Shown one piece after another: positions 19,815-30,346 of a stretch of DNA of 64,000 nucleotides (positions are counted from its first letter, which is position 1; each line of letters begins with the position of its first letter). This DNA is from Candidatus Heimdallarchaeota archaeon. GTDB lineage: Archaea; Asgardarchaeota; Heimdallarchaeia; Heimdallarchaeales; Heimdallarchaeaceae. The position numbers and the translations under genes are program-made. Below the pieces are notes generated by a model. It worked only from the letters and a program-made list of their open reading frames with translations. It had not been told where the DNA came from and did not search any database. The stretch covers positions 96,001 through 160,000 of the forward strand of contig JAHLWR010000001.1 in assembly GCA_019057815.1 (NCBI GenBank), in the 5' to 3' direction.

Positions 19815-21455
19815 TTATTTTAAAAATGACTCTTTTTCTTTGTAAATTCTTTTAACTAACGATTTTAGCCCTTTCTCACTAGCAATAGCATATGCCTTAT
19901 CTAATAACGCCTGTGCTTTTTCAATATCAAATTCTAGCAAGGCTATTTTTGATTGAAGTAAATATGTCTCTGAAAATAACCAATATGAGTGCTGACTCTT
20001 CGCGACTTCCCACAATTTGTCAACTAATTTCTTGACTTCTTCTAAAACAACCTCTTTACCTGTTTTTTCTAACTCATAAATAAGATATCCACACATGTTT
20101 AACAAAGCATCTACTGTAAAATCGTAATAAACCATTTTACCTTCAATTACTTGTTCGAAGATTTGTTGAGCCATTCCTTTCTTGGCTAATCGATCACTTC
20201 TATTATAGATTAGAGCCTTAGCCAAACTATATGCTTGGTTAATTATCTTATTCTCTTGCCTATCGTTGATTTCTTTTAAATCAGCTAAATGATTTGAAAG
20301 AACGGGAAGAGGCAAATATGCTATAAGAAAGCGGATAAAATAATATAGAGTTAAGGATGTATAAATGTCATTACCTACCTTTCTGATTAATTTATAAGCA
20401 TTATCGAAATATTCTCTAGCAACTTCTAGTTCCCCTTTATAACTATAGACTATTGCGATATTGTTTAGAGAAGTCCCAACAAAAAGCTTATTACCTGACT
20501 TTTTCTTAATCTGAAGACTTTTTTGATGATATTCCAGAGAGAGATCTAATTCTCCTCTATCTGAATAAATAATTCCGAGATGACTGAGAACAATAGATAT
20601 ACCTCTCTGATTGTCAAGCTCTTCAAATATCTTCAAGCATTTCTGGAAGGTTTGAAATGAATCTTCAATCTCACCTGAACTACGATATACATCACCAATA
20701 CCATAAAGTGCAGAACCTATCAGATACTTATTGTCAAGCTTTTGACTCAATGATAAACTTCTTTTGTAAACTTTTAGTGCTTGATTCAATTCACTCTTGT
20801 GTTTGTAAATAGCACCTTGATTCTGTAAAGATAATGCAAGAACGGGCAAATAATTAGCAGATTCACTTATCCTTATACTTTCCAAACAATAATCCATCGC
20901 TTTGTTCATTTTTCCTTGGCTTAGAAATCCTTCACTAACATTCAAAAGCGTTATAGCGGTGAAATAGTCATTACCAACGTTTAGACACAAATTAAGACTT
21001 TTTTTATGTAAGTCTAAAGATTGAACAAAATTACCTGATTTATATTCTATGACACCTTTTGATGTCAACAATCTCGCTTTTCTCGCAATAATAAGTGAGG
21101 GATCTTTTTTTGCTACTTTTTTGATATTCTTTTCCACGATTTTTATAAGACTGGACACTTCACTTTTTTTTTCTAACTTTATTAGGTTCAATATCTTATA
21201 TAATAGTCCATCAATTTCTCTCATTTTGTTTTCGTATTGTATTGCCTTATCCACAAGTTGATTTGCTGTTCTGAGCCCATCTTCATAGCAATTTATAGAA
21301 ATATAATAGGTACATTTTAAATCTAAATATGTTAATAATTTATCATCAATTAAAATTCTTGATTTTTCGATTCCCTCAATTTTCTTTTTTGCTTTAGAAT
21401 TTTTTCCTTCATAAATTAATTTATAGATATTTCCGAAATTGAAGGAATCTTTCAT
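19815..21455 (-). CDS. Tetratricopeptide repeat protein (reading frame continues past TAA to 19707)
   Basis: Multiple TPR_12-like repeats (SLNNIAIVYSYKGELEVA); in-frame tail MDDWVRLFEEKASLRERLELSQLE after the stop. Confidence 0.88.
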   Translation of the reverse strand: MKDSFNFGNIYKLIYEGKNSKAKKKIEGIEKSRILIDDKLLTYLDLKCTYYISINCYEDGLRTANQLVDKAIQYENKMREIDGLLYKILNLIKLEKKSEVSSLIKIVEKNIKKVAKKDPSLIIARKARLLTSKGVIEYKSGNFVQSLDLHKKSLNLCLNVGNDYFTAITLLNVSEGFLSQGKMNKAMDYCLESIRISESANYLPVLALSLQNQGAIYKHKSELNQALKVYKRSLSLSQKLDNKYLIGSALYGIGDVYRSSGEIEDSFQTFQKCLKIFEELDNQRGISIVLSHLGIIYSDRGELDLSLEYHQKSLQIKKKSGNKLFVGTSLNNIAIVYSYKGELEVAREYFDNAYKLIRKVGNDIYTSLTLYYFIRFLIAYLPLPVLSNHLADLKEINDRQENKIINQAYSLAKALIYNRSDRLAKKGMAQQIFEQVIEGKMVYYDFTVDALLNMCGYLIYELEKTGKEVVLEEVKKLVDKLWEVAKSQHSYWLFSETYLLQSKIALLEFDIEKAQALLDKAYAIASEKGLKSLVKRIYKEKESFLK

Positions 21456-21622
21456 TAAAAATTACCCACAATACACGTCACAATATGTCTTATTAAAAGT
21501 TACGTTTAAGTTTTATGGAACTACGTAATAAAGGAGTTAAATAACTCAACTTATAACATCTCAAAACATACAGTCTTTTTCTTAAAGTAATATTATTATA
21601 CATACTTTTAGACGAATAAATT

Positions 21623-23671
21623 ATGAATGATATTAAAAAGCCACCAATTGCAAAAAAAGAAATGAAGATTACAGAAATTCATGGAATTGAACTTAAGGAC
21701 GATTATTTTTGGTTACGTGATAAAGAAAATCAAGAAGTAATAGATTACCTAAATGCAGAAAATGATTATACTAAAGAAAAAACTAAACATTTGGACGATT
21801 TTACGGATAAATTATTCAATGAAATGAAAAATCGTATCAAAGAAGACGATGAAACAGTTCCTTATAAATTCAAGGATTATTTTTACTATTCAAGAACTGA
21901 AAAGGACAAAGAATATAGTATATATTGTCGAAAATACAAAAACTTAGATAATAAAGAAGAAATTCTACTTGATTTAAATGAAATGGCTAAAGGACATGAA
22001 TATTATAAATTGTATACCTCTAAAATAAGTCCTAATCAGAATATACTGGCTTACTCAATTGATGATACAGGTTATGAGAAATTAGTTATCTATTTTAAGG
22101 ATTTGACAACAGGAGAAATCTTTGCTGAAAAACTTGAAAATGTTGGTTGGAATTTTGAATGGACAGATGATAAAACGCTCTATTATACAATTAGAGATAA
22201 AGCGCAACGACCATATGCATTAAAACGACACGTGTTGGGTGCTAATCCTTCGGAAGATGCCCTAATTTTTGATGAGAAGGATGTTAAGCGGAATGTTTCT
22301 ATAAGTAAAACTAAAAATCAGAAATTCTTACTATTGAGTTCCAATTCAAAATTAAGTAATGAATATCATTTTCTTGACCTCAAAGACCATCTTGGGAAAT
22401 TTGTAGTTTTTCTACCAAGGGAAGAAAAACACGAATATATTATAAATCATAAAGATGGTTATTTCTATATTATCACAAACAAGGATGAGTCACCAAATTT
22501 CAAACTCATGCGTACTTCTATTAATAAACTTAGTATGGAAAATTGGGAAGAAATAATTGCTCACAATAAGGATGTCAAAATCGATTGGATTGAGACTTTT
22601 AAAGACTTTTCTGTAATTTCAAAAAGAGAAGAAGGATTGGATAAATTCGAGATTTTCTACGATAAAAATGATGAAAGAAATCACAACATAGAAATGCCCG
22701 AAACAGTTTATGGTGCGTGGTTTGGAGATAACCTTGAGTATTCATCTAATATTTTCAGATTTGTCTATACATCTTTAATTACTCCTAAATCAATCTATGA
22801 CTATTCTTTAAAAGAAAGAAAATTGGAATTGAAGAAGCAAGATGAAATTAAAAATTATAATAAAGAAGACTATGTCACAGAAAGAAAATATGCTATTGCC
22901 CGAGATGGTACCAAAGTTCCTATTTCTATTGTTCATAAAAAAAACATAGTTACACCTGCTCCAACATTGTTGTATGGATATGGATCTTATGGATATCCTA
23001 TGGATACTTACTTCAGTCCTTCTCGAGTCAGTTTGATAGAACGAGGGATAGTATACGTAATAGCACATGTGAGGGGTGGAGGTGAGCTTGGGAGAAAATG
23101 GTATGACGACGGTAAATTTTTGAAAAAGAAAAACACATTTTTCGATTTCATTGATTGTGCAGAATACCTGTTAAATAAAGGAATAACAACTAAAGACAAA
23201 TTTATAATACAAGGAGCAAGTGCAGGTGGCTTATTAGTAGGTGCAGTGATGACAATGAGACCTGATCTCTGTCATCTAGTTGTAGCGGAAGTACCTTTTG
23301 TAGATGTTGTTAATAGTATGTTGGATGCAAGTATACCACTTACAGCAGGGGAATGGGAAGAATGGGGTGACCCAAGTGAAAAAGACTTTTTTGATTATAT
23401 GTTATCTTATTCTCCTTATGATAATATAAAAGCTATAAATTATCCACACACTTTAGTCACCACAGGACTTAATGATCCAAGAGTAGCTTTCTGGGAACCT
23501 GCAAAATTTACAGCAAAACTTAGAGCTTTAAAAACAGACAATAATGAATTAGTACTTAAGACTAATATGGGAGCTGGGCATGGTGGCGCTTCTGGTCGAT
23601 ACGAATCCATGAAAGAAATAGCTTTTATCTACTCTTATGTGTTAGATAAAATGGGATTAGTCGACAACTAG
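21623..23671 (+). CDS. ptrB: Oligopeptidase B (peptidase S9A)
   Basis: DDYFWLRD, YGYGSYG, HVRGGGELG, GASAGG, DPRV, AGHGGASGRY. Confidence 0.95.
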   Translation: MNDIKKPPIAKKEMKITEIHGIELKDDYFWLRDKENQEVIDYLNAENDYTKEKTKHLDDFTDKLFNEMKNRIKEDDETVPYKFKDYFYYSRTEKDKEYSIYCRKYKNLDNKEEILLDLNEMAKGHEYYKLYTSKISPNQNILAYSIDDTGYEKLVIYFKDLTTGEIFAEKLENVGWNFEWTDDKTLYYTIRDKAQRPYALKRHVLGANPSEDALIFDEKDVKRNVSISKTKNQKFLLLSSNSKLSNEYHFLDLKDHLGKFVVFLPREEKHEYIINHKDGYFYIITNKDESPNFKLMRTSINKLSMENWEEIIAHNKDVKIDWIETFKDFSVISKREEGLDKFEIFYDKNDERNHNIEMPETVYGAWFGDNLEYSSNIFRFVYTSLITPKSIYDYSLKERKLELKKQDEIKNYNKEDYVTERKYAIARDGTKVPISIVHKKNIVTPAPTLLYGYGSYGYPMDTYFSPSRVSLIERGIVYVIAHVRGGGELGRKWYDDGKFLKKKNTFFDFIDCAEYLLNKGITTKDKFIIQGASAGGLLVGAVMTMRPDLCHLVVAEVPFVDVVNSMLDASIPLTAGEWEEWGDPSEKDFFDYMLSYSPYDNIKAINYPHTLVTTGLNDPRVAFWEPAKFTAKLRALKTDNNELVLKTNMGAGHGGASGRYESMKEIAFIYSYVLDKMGLVDN

Positions 23672-23765
23672 GTTCTTTTTTTCTTCCTCAAAATTAGGTT
23701 TTTCTTTTTTTTGTACAAACCTTTAATTAGATTATTACGCCAAATCACAAGATACACAGATTTTA

Positions 23766-24725
23766 GTGATAATATTGAATAAATACAAACCAGTTGATCC
23801 CTTGAAATCCCCGAGATTCTTAGGGATTAAGACATTCATGCGTTTACCTCACGTAAGAACATTAGAAGGGATAGATTTTGCAATTATAGGTGTTCCAGCT
23901 GATCAGGGAGCATCGTTTCGAACAGGACAAAGAGATGGACCTGCTGCTATAAGAAGAGTATCATCTTTACTGCGAGGGCATAATCCTATTTTGAACATTA
24001 GTCCATTTGAGTATGTTTCTGGAATAGATTATGGAGATTTACCTGTTGTACCAGGATATATTGAAGATAGTTATACAAAAATAGAAGAAGGTCTTTTTCC
24101 AGTAATTGAAGCAGGCATCATTCCTATACTTCTAGGAGGTGACCATGCAATAACCTTACCAGAACTCAGAGCAATTGCAAAAAAACATGGTCCAGTTGCT
24201 TTGGTGCATTTTGATGCACACAGTGATACATCAGATGAATATTTTGGGCGTCCATATAATCATGGAACACCTTTTTCAAGAGCAGTTGATGAAAATCTTC
24301 TCCTTGTTAACCATTCAATTCAAGTTGGTTTGCGAGGTTCTACATTTTCCGAAAATCATTTGGAAATACCAAAATCTATGGGGTTTGAAGTTATAACAAT
24401 GGAAGAAATACGTAAAATAGATATTGATGACTTGATTCAAAAAATAATCGATAGAGTAGGAAATGCAAAGGTTTTCCTTACTTTTGATATAGATTTTGTT
24501 GACCCTGCTTATGCTCCAGGAACGGGTACGCCTGAGGTTGGAGGAGCTACGAGTGGAGAGGCAATGAGATTGGTGAGAGGACTAAAAGATTTGAATTTTG
24601 TAGGATTTGATATTGTTGAAGTTCTACCAGCATTTGACTTATCGGAAATAACTGCTCTCCTAGCAGCAAATATTGTATATGAATTCATCTCAATAATTGC
24701 CTACAATAAAAGAAGAACATCTTAA
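23766..24725 (+). CDS. speB: Agmatinase-like ureohydrolase
   Basis: TFMRLP, GGDH, DAHSD, HGTPF, DIDFVDPAYAPGTGTPEVGG; substrate not certain. Confidence 0.8.
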   Translation: MIILNKYKPVDPLKSPRFLGIKTFMRLPHVRTLEGIDFAIIGVPADQGASFRTGQRDGPAAIRRVSSLLRGHNPILNISPFEYVSGIDYGDLPVVPGYIEDSYTKIEEGLFPVIEAGIIPILLGGDHAITLPELRAIAKKHGPVALVHFDAHSDTSDEYFGRPYNHGTPFSRAVDENLLLVNHSIQVGLRGSTFSENHLEIPKSMGFEVITMEEIRKIDIDDLIQKIIDRVGNAKVFLTFDIDFVDPAYAPGTGTPEVGGATSGEAMRLVRGLKDLNFVGFDIVEVLPAFDLSEITALLAANIVYEFISIIAYNKRRTS

Positions 24726-24731
24726 AGAGTC

Positions 24732-25424
24732 TTAAGTATAAACCTGCATTGAAAGATAATTAAAAATTATTGTCAAGGGTATCTCATAGCATTGTGCATC
24801 AAGGTTTGAAGTTTCATAAAAGACTATTTCTCTATCAATGACAGAAGAAAAAACGATTCTTTCCGCTACATCTTGTCCTAGATATATCCCTTTTTCCTTC
24901 AAATCTGATTTATTGATAAACACGATTACAGGAATTTTTCTATTTTTCCTCTGTTCTTCCATACTTACCAAACTAAGGTAATGAGTAATTTTCTCTATGG
25001 AGGAAATATTTGTTCCATCAGCCATGATGATTACTAAATTTGCACCTTTAATTGCAATATCTTGCATGAAATCAAAGCGCTCTTGACCTGCAGGATCATT
25101 AAATACTACATTGAATGCTTCATCAATTGATTCAAAATCTATTGTTTCAAACTCTTTGTATTTCTTCACTATTACTTTATTAAAACGCGTTAAAACAATA
25201 ACCGAATTAACAACATTTAGAGAGATAGTTGTTGTACTGTTTGTAAAATCATTATACTTCAATGGAGTAAAATCAAGATTACTACTAACTTCCTTGAATA
25301 TTTGTCTAGCAACATCATTCTTTTCGATATCTCCAAAAAGAGTCTCTAGTAAAGTTGTTTTGCCACTACCTGTTGTACCTAAGATGGTTATTTTTTTCAT
25401 GGTTAATGATTTAGCTAACATCAT
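24732..25424 (-). CDS. Ras-superfamily small GTPase
   Basis: G1 GTTGSGKT, G3 DPAGQERF, G4 NKSD, G5 ETSN. Confidence 0.9.
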   Translation of the reverse strand: MMLAKSLTMKKITILGTTGSGKTTLLETLFGDIEKNDVARQIFKEVSSNLDFTPLKYNDFTNSTTTISLNVVNSVIVLTRFNKVIVKKYKEFETIDFESIDEAFNVVFNDPAGQERFDFMQDIAIKGANLVIIMADGTNISSIEKITHYLSLVSMEEQRKNRKIPVIVFINKSDLKEKGIYLGQDVAERIVFSSVIDREIVFYETSNLDAQCYEIPLTIIFNYLSMQVYT

Positions 25425-25513
25425 CTTTGGTACCTCAATATTATATAACCAAAGAATCTCTTCATAAGTTTTTACTTATTCCTAGTTTATGCAAAATATG
25501 AATGGATGTACTT

Positions 25514-26908
25514 TTAGAGAGATAATTTCTCGAATCTTGCTTGGAAAAATCTCAAATACTCTGGTTCATAAATCATTTTTAATCCTGCAATTGTATCTCT
25601 TTTTTCATATAGATTTATTACTGAATTTGCAACATACTCCATGTGAGTATTTGTATAAACCCTTCTAGGAATCGTTAACCTAACCAATTCTAATGCAGGG
25701 AAGATATTCTCACCAGTTTTTGAATCTCTACCTATTGAAACAGCACCTCTTTCCATAGTCCTAACTGCAGAATCTTCATATATCGCTGCTGATAATGTTT
25801 GCCCGGGCCATTGTTCTCTTTGTAGATGAGGTAGGAATTCTAATGCATTAATAAAAATTGCATGACCACCAATAGGTTTCACAATTGGGACATTAGCCTG
25901 TATAAGCAATTCTCCTAAGTAGCGAACTTGATTTATTCTATACTTTAGATATTCATATTGTGTTCCTTCCCTTAGTCCTCTTGCAAGAGCCTCCATATCT
26001 CGCCCTGCCATACCACCATAAGTATGAAGACCTTCATAGATAACTACTGAACTTCGTGTTGCTTCAAATATCTCCTTATCATTCGTTGCGATGAAACCGC
26101 CTATATTTACTAGACAATCTTTCTTCGAACTATGAATACATCCATCAGAATAACTCATCATTTCATTTAAGATGTCAATTATTGGTGTATCTTCATAACC
26201 TTTTTCCCTTTCTCTTATAAAATAAGCATTTTCACAAGAACGTGTGATATCATATATTACCTTGATTTTATAGTCATTACAAAATTCCCTTAACTTTCGA
26301 AGATTTTCCATAGAGATAGGTTGACCACCAGCCATGTTGACATTCATTTCCACATTAACAAAAGCTATCTTATCGAGTCCATATTCATCTATGTAACCTT
26401 GCAACTTCTCAAAATCTATATTGCCTTTGAAAGGGTGTAAATTTTCAGGATCATGGGCTTCATCTATTACTGTATCAATCATCTTTCCACCAGCTATCTC
26501 CACATGTAGTTTTGAAGTTGTAAAATACATATTTCTAGGAACAATTTGCCCTGGTTTTATAAGATATCTTGACATTAGATGTTCAGCAGCTCTTCCTTGA
26601 TGAGTTGGAACAACGTATTTATATCCGAGTATATCTTGTACTGCTTTTTCTAGATTATAGAAATTCTTACTGCCTGCATATGCTTCATCTCCAAGCATCA
26701 TACCAGCCCATTGATTATCAGACATAGCAGATGTACCAGAATCTGTTAAAATATCAATATAAACGTCTTCAGATAACAGCAAAAATGTATTAAATCCTGC
26801 TTCTCTTATTGCTTCTTTTCTTCTTTTTTCAGAAGGAAGATTGACAGGTTCAACAACTTTAATTTTAAATGGTTCAACTGGAGGTTGCATATTCTCAATC
26901 ATGCACAC
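25514..26908 (-). CDS. tpl: Tyrosine phenol-lyase (beta-eliminating lyase)
   Basis: TDSGT, GDEAYAGS, THQGR, PLP-lysine in SSKKDCLVNIGG; TPL-type residues YFTT, MERG and LRFF rather than tryptophanase FDTT/LRHF. Confidence 0.8.
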   Translation of the reverse strand: MCMIENMQPPVEPFKIKVVEPVNLPSEKRRKEAIREAGFNTFLLLSEDVYIDILTDSGTSAMSDNQWAGMMLGDEAYAGSKNFYNLEKAVQDILGYKYVVPTHQGRAAEHLMSRYLIKPGQIVPRNMYFTTSKLHVEIAGGKMIDTVIDEAHDPENLHPFKGNIDFEKLQGYIDEYGLDKIAFVNVEMNVNMAGGQPISMENLRKLREFCNDYKIKVIYDITRSCENAYFIREREKGYEDTPIIDILNEMMSYSDGCIHSSKKDCLVNIGGFIATNDKEIFEATRSSVVIYEGLHTYGGMAGRDMEALARGLREGTQYEYLKYRINQVRYLGELLIQANVPIVKPIGGHAIFINALEFLPHLQREQWPGQTLSAAIYEDSAVRTMERGAVSIGRDSKTGENIFPALELVRLTIPRRVYTNTHMEYVANSVINLYEKRDTIAGLKMIYEPEYLRFFQARFEKLSL

Positions 26909-27110
26909 CTAAATTAAAAAGATTTTGTGGTCAAATTACCACCTGTTTCTAAAAGCTAAAACACAATTGAGTGGTACATGCGTTATGAGAGTTAAATCTT
27001 CTTGAAAAAAGTTCAAATTTTTTACTCATTTTATTAAGATAGAAAAAAAAGAATATTTCATCCAATAAGCAGATTAGATAATCTTTATATCTGGTAAGAA
27101 AAAAAATCAT

Positions 27111-28286
27111 GTGGTTATTAAAATGACAGAGTTAACAAAGACTCCGATGTGGAAAGTACATGAGGAAGCAGGAGCCCGTATGACTGATTTTGCAGGTTAC
27201 TACTTACCCGTTTCTTACACAGGTATTGATGAAGAGATTATGGCTACAAGAGAGAATGTATCCATAGTTGAAGTAACAGACATGGGTCGTTATTCCTTGA
27301 AAGGCAAATATGCATCCAAACTTATGGAACTTCTTACTCCTCGAGATATTGCTGCCATGTCTGACATGAAATGTGGTTACACTTATTATCTTAATGAAAA
27401 CGGTGGTTATCGTGATGACACAATTATTGGTAAAAAGAACGCAGAAGACTTTTTCAATGTCTGTAATGCAGGCTCTCAAACTACAAAAGTTTTAGCTTGG
27501 ATAGGTCAGTTTGTTGAAATCTTTAAAGAGATGACAGGTGAACCTCTTGAATTCAAAGATTGGACACTAGAAACCACTATGTTCGCTGTTCAAGGACCCA
27601 ATTATAAAATCATTCTAGATAATTTGGGTGTTCCTGATACTGGTAGATGGAAGATGGTTGAAGCTGAAGTAGCTGGTTGCAAATGTTTATTCACAGGAAC
27701 AGGCTACACAGGTGAGAGTGGTTTTGAAGTAGTAATCTTTGATTCTGATCTTGCAAATCCTGAAAAAGGTATTAAAGTTTGGAACGCCATTCTTGAAGCA
27801 GGCAAGGAAGTTGGTATTGCTCTTTGTGGTCTTGGTGCTCGAGATATCCTACGTTTAGAAGCTGGTTTACCTTTATATGGTGAGGACATTCATGAGGATG
27901 TTAATCCCTATGAAGCTGCCTTTGGATTTCCAGCATTCTGTAAAACTGATAAGGAACCATTTTTCTTTGGTAAAGCCGCTGTAACAAAGGCTAAACAAGA
28001 AGGCGTCAAAATTATGCATGTATGTATTAAACTCAAAGAAAAGGGTATCCCACGTGCAGGATACGACATACTGAATAAAAATGGTGAAAAAATTGGACAT
28101 ATGGTTAATGGTGGACGTTCCCCCACAATAGGAAATATTGGTATCGGTATGGGGTTTGTAGATATTGAATACTCCAAACCAAATACAGAGGTTCTAATCC
28201 AAATACGTAAGAAACAAATTCTAGCTGAAGTTGTACAAATGCCCTTTTATGACATGAAAAAATGGGGATGGAAGAGAGAAGCCTAA
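27111..28286 (+). CDS. gcvT: Glycine cleavage system T protein
   Basis: DFAGY.LPVSY, AVQGP, TGYTGESGFE, GLGARDILRLEAGLPLYG. Confidence 0.95.
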   Translation: MVIKMTELTKTPMWKVHEEAGARMTDFAGYYLPVSYTGIDEEIMATRENVSIVEVTDMGRYSLKGKYASKLMELLTPRDIAAMSDMKCGYTYYLNENGGYRDDTIIGKKNAEDFFNVCNAGSQTTKVLAWIGQFVEIFKEMTGEPLEFKDWTLETTMFAVQGPNYKIILDNLGVPDTGRWKMVEAEVAGCKCLFTGTGYTGESGFEVVIFDSDLANPEKGIKVWNAILEAGKEVGIALCGLGARDILRLEAGLPLYGEDIHEDVNPYEAAFGFPAFCKTDKEPFFFGKAAVTKAKQEGVKIMHVCIKLKEKGIPRAGYDILNKNGEKIGHMVNGGRSPTIGNIGIGMGFVDIEYSKPNTEVLIQIRKKQILAEVVQMPFYDMKKWGWKREA

Positions 28287-28295
28287 GTTCTCCTC

Positions 28296-28322
28296 AATTT
28301 CTTTTTTATTTTTTACTTTTAT
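28296..28322 (+). terminator. Oligo-T archaeal terminator
   Basis: T-rich tract right after the gcvT stop. Confidence 0.5.
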
Positions 28323-28341
28323 TATCAATACTCATTGTTCA

Positions 28342-29127
28342 CTATTCAAATTCGAACTCAGCTATTTCTCCGCCTACTATATGATAATGCATGTCGATAC
28401 GCTCAGCTTTAGGGATTTTTTCACTGTTCATTTCCTTTTCAATTTTCTCTTTCAACTTATTAAATTCAACTTGAAAACTTGTCAATAATTTTAAGATTTC
28501 AAAAGTATGTCTAGGTTTAGATATCTTCATAACAAGAGGGAAGTTGGCTAAACTTCCTAGTGGATAATTTGGATTCTTGGGTTTAGCCCCGCGCATAAAT
28601 GCCTTTTCAGCATTATCTAAATTATTAAGCATAATATTTTCAAGAATACGATTATAAGCAAAACTTCTTTTCTCTTTCTTACATTGCTGTCCTAAGTCAG
28701 GATGATTTGCAAGCAGTTCCATATAAATTTTTGAGATCTCCTTATCAGACTGTTCTAATAGTTTATCAAAAACAGCCATCATCTTATCTTCTACATCTTC
28801 CTTAGAGGGTTCTCCGAAATGCCGACTTGCTAACGAGGAAAGACAATAGTAGATACCTTTGTGTGAATCTGTCATTTCGACATCGATTTCTAGTAAGGAT
28901 GGAGGTTTTTTCATTTCCTTTATATGATGGTAGATAGTAGCATCGTTCTTACCCAAAAGTTTTGCCAATTTCTTTATATTTGCTGAACCAAAATTGGTAA
29001 TTGCCATTATTATGGCGTATCTTGTCTCAATACTGTATGTTTCATCTATCTTTTTTTGAATAACTGGGTCTTTCAATGCTTCCTTCAATTTCTTGTAATC
29101 TATTTTTATTTTATCTTGTTTATTCAT
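28342..29127 (-). CDS. Winged-HTH (ArsR-like) transcriptional regulator
   Basis: RYAIIMAI...NIKKLAKLLGKNDATIYHHIKEM...GIYYCLS. Confidence 0.8.
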   Translation of the reverse strand: MNKQDKIKIDYKKLKEALKDPVIQKKIDETYSIETRYAIIMAITNFGSANIKKLAKLLGKNDATIYHHIKEMKKPPSLLEIDVEMTDSHKGIYYCLSSLASRHFGEPSKEDVEDKMMAVFDKLLEQSDKEISKIYMELLANHPDLGQQCKKEKRSFAYNRILENIMLNNLDNAEKAFMRGAKPKNPNYPLGSLANFPLVMKISKPRHTFEILKLLTSFQVEFNKLKEKIEKEMNSEKIPKAERIDMHYHIVGGEIAEFEFE

Positions 29128-29185
29128 CCCACTATCTCCAGTTTTAGGTTCTAACTATAGAAAATAAAGCTTTCAGATATATAAA

Positions 29186-29258
29186 TTTAACCATCAAAAC
29201 AATTTGATTATCAAAATGTTTATAAACAAGTCGAAGTAAATAAGATTTGATGATTAAA
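29186..29258. promoter_or_regulatory. Three 13-bp palindromic operator boxes (TTTGATNRTYAAA) around divergent TATA boxes
   Basis: TTTAACCATCAAA 29186-29198, TTTGATTATCAAA 29203-29215, TTTGATGATTAAA 29246-29258; TATA-like tatataaa ~29178 and tttataaa ~29219. Confidence 0.7.
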
Positions 29259-29298
29259 TTATTATCATAGCCAAATCAGTATTAGTGAAATATCAAAA

Positions 29299-30339
29299 GT
29301 GAAACATATGAATACACTGACAAGTACGAAAATAATTGTAGAAAATGAAGAATTAGAATTCAGAGAATGGAATTTTGAGAAGGATCATGAAAATGTATCA
29401 GCCCTACTTGAAATAGTTTTTGAGAAAGAATTGGAATCAAAAGGTCTTAGTATTAAAAATATCTTCAATGAATATAAATCAATGCTCCCTTTTCTCAAAT
29501 TCTTGAGTATATTCAACAAAAATTTCAAGCACATTTTGGATGGCTATGTTATTGAAAACGAGGAAGGTAACATTGTTTCTTCTGTTAATGTTGGTTATGC
29601 TATGGGAGATAAATATGAAGTGGCGATGGTTGCTACTCATCCAGACTATAGAAGAAGAGGTTTAGCTAGGAAATTGGTTACAAAGGCAGTTAATCATGCT
29701 AAAAATCTTGGTGCTAAGATGTGCGTTCTTGAAGTTTTGGATATAAATGAACCAGCTTATAAATTGTATCGAAGTTTAGGTTTTGTTCACTATGATAGTA
29801 TCACTAGACAAAAATTAGATCACGAGAAGTTAGCAACAATTAATTCAATTGAAATTCCTGACAGATATCACTTAAAAGAGATGAAGCGTAATAAAAAAAC
29901 CAATCAAGCTAGGTTTGATTTAGATAAAAGAGTTACACCTAAAGAAGTGCAAAGGTTTAGACCTATTGAGAGGAGTAAATATCATAAGTCACTCATAATA
30001 AAAATAATTCGACCTTTTGCTAAATTAGTTCTTAGAATCAAACTCAGTAGCTGGACTATTCACCATGACAACAAACTGGTGGGAACAATTTACGTTAATG
30101 TTAGTCGTAAAGAAGGAACTCCGCATAGAGTAGATTTGATGATCGACCCTGAACATACTGAAAGATTAGCTGAACCTATGTTAACTTATGCTTTGGAGTT
30201 CACTGAAAAGAATTTGACAACTGAACAAAAGATTATAGTTGAGTTTCGAATTTCTGAAGAAAATCAGATAGCAGCTTGCAAAAAACATGGCTTTGTTGAA
30301 GTCGAAGCAATGCATCTACTAGGTTTAAAATTCGAATAG
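29299..30339 (+). CDS. Tandem GNAT acetyltransferase
   Basis: VATHPDYRRRGLARKL, NEPAYKLYRSLGF; degenerate second GNAT domain. Confidence 0.9.
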   Translation: MKHMNTLTSTKIIVENEELEFREWNFEKDHENVSALLEIVFEKELESKGLSIKNIFNEYKSMLPFLKFLSIFNKNFKHILDGYVIENEEGNIVSSVNVGYAMGDKYEVAMVATHPDYRRRGLARKLVTKAVNHAKNLGAKMCVLEVLDINEPAYKLYRSLGFVHYDSITRQKLDHEKLATINSIEIPDRYHLKEMKRNKKTNQARFDLDKRVTPKEVQRFRPIERSKYHKSLIIKIIRPFAKLVLRIKLSSWTIHHDNKLVGTIYVNVSRKEGTPHRVDLMIDPEHTERLAEPMLTYALEFTEKNLTTEQKIIVEFRISEENQIAACKKHGFVEVEAMHLLGLKFE

Positions 30340-30346
30340 ATACAGT

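Noticed and set aside
19815-19817. Selenocysteine/pyrrolysine recoding
   Set aside because: The stop is TAA, not TGA or TAG
25514-26908. Tryptophanase (tnaA)
   Set aside because: Specificity positions (YFTT, MERG, LRFF) fit tyrosine phenol-lyase better
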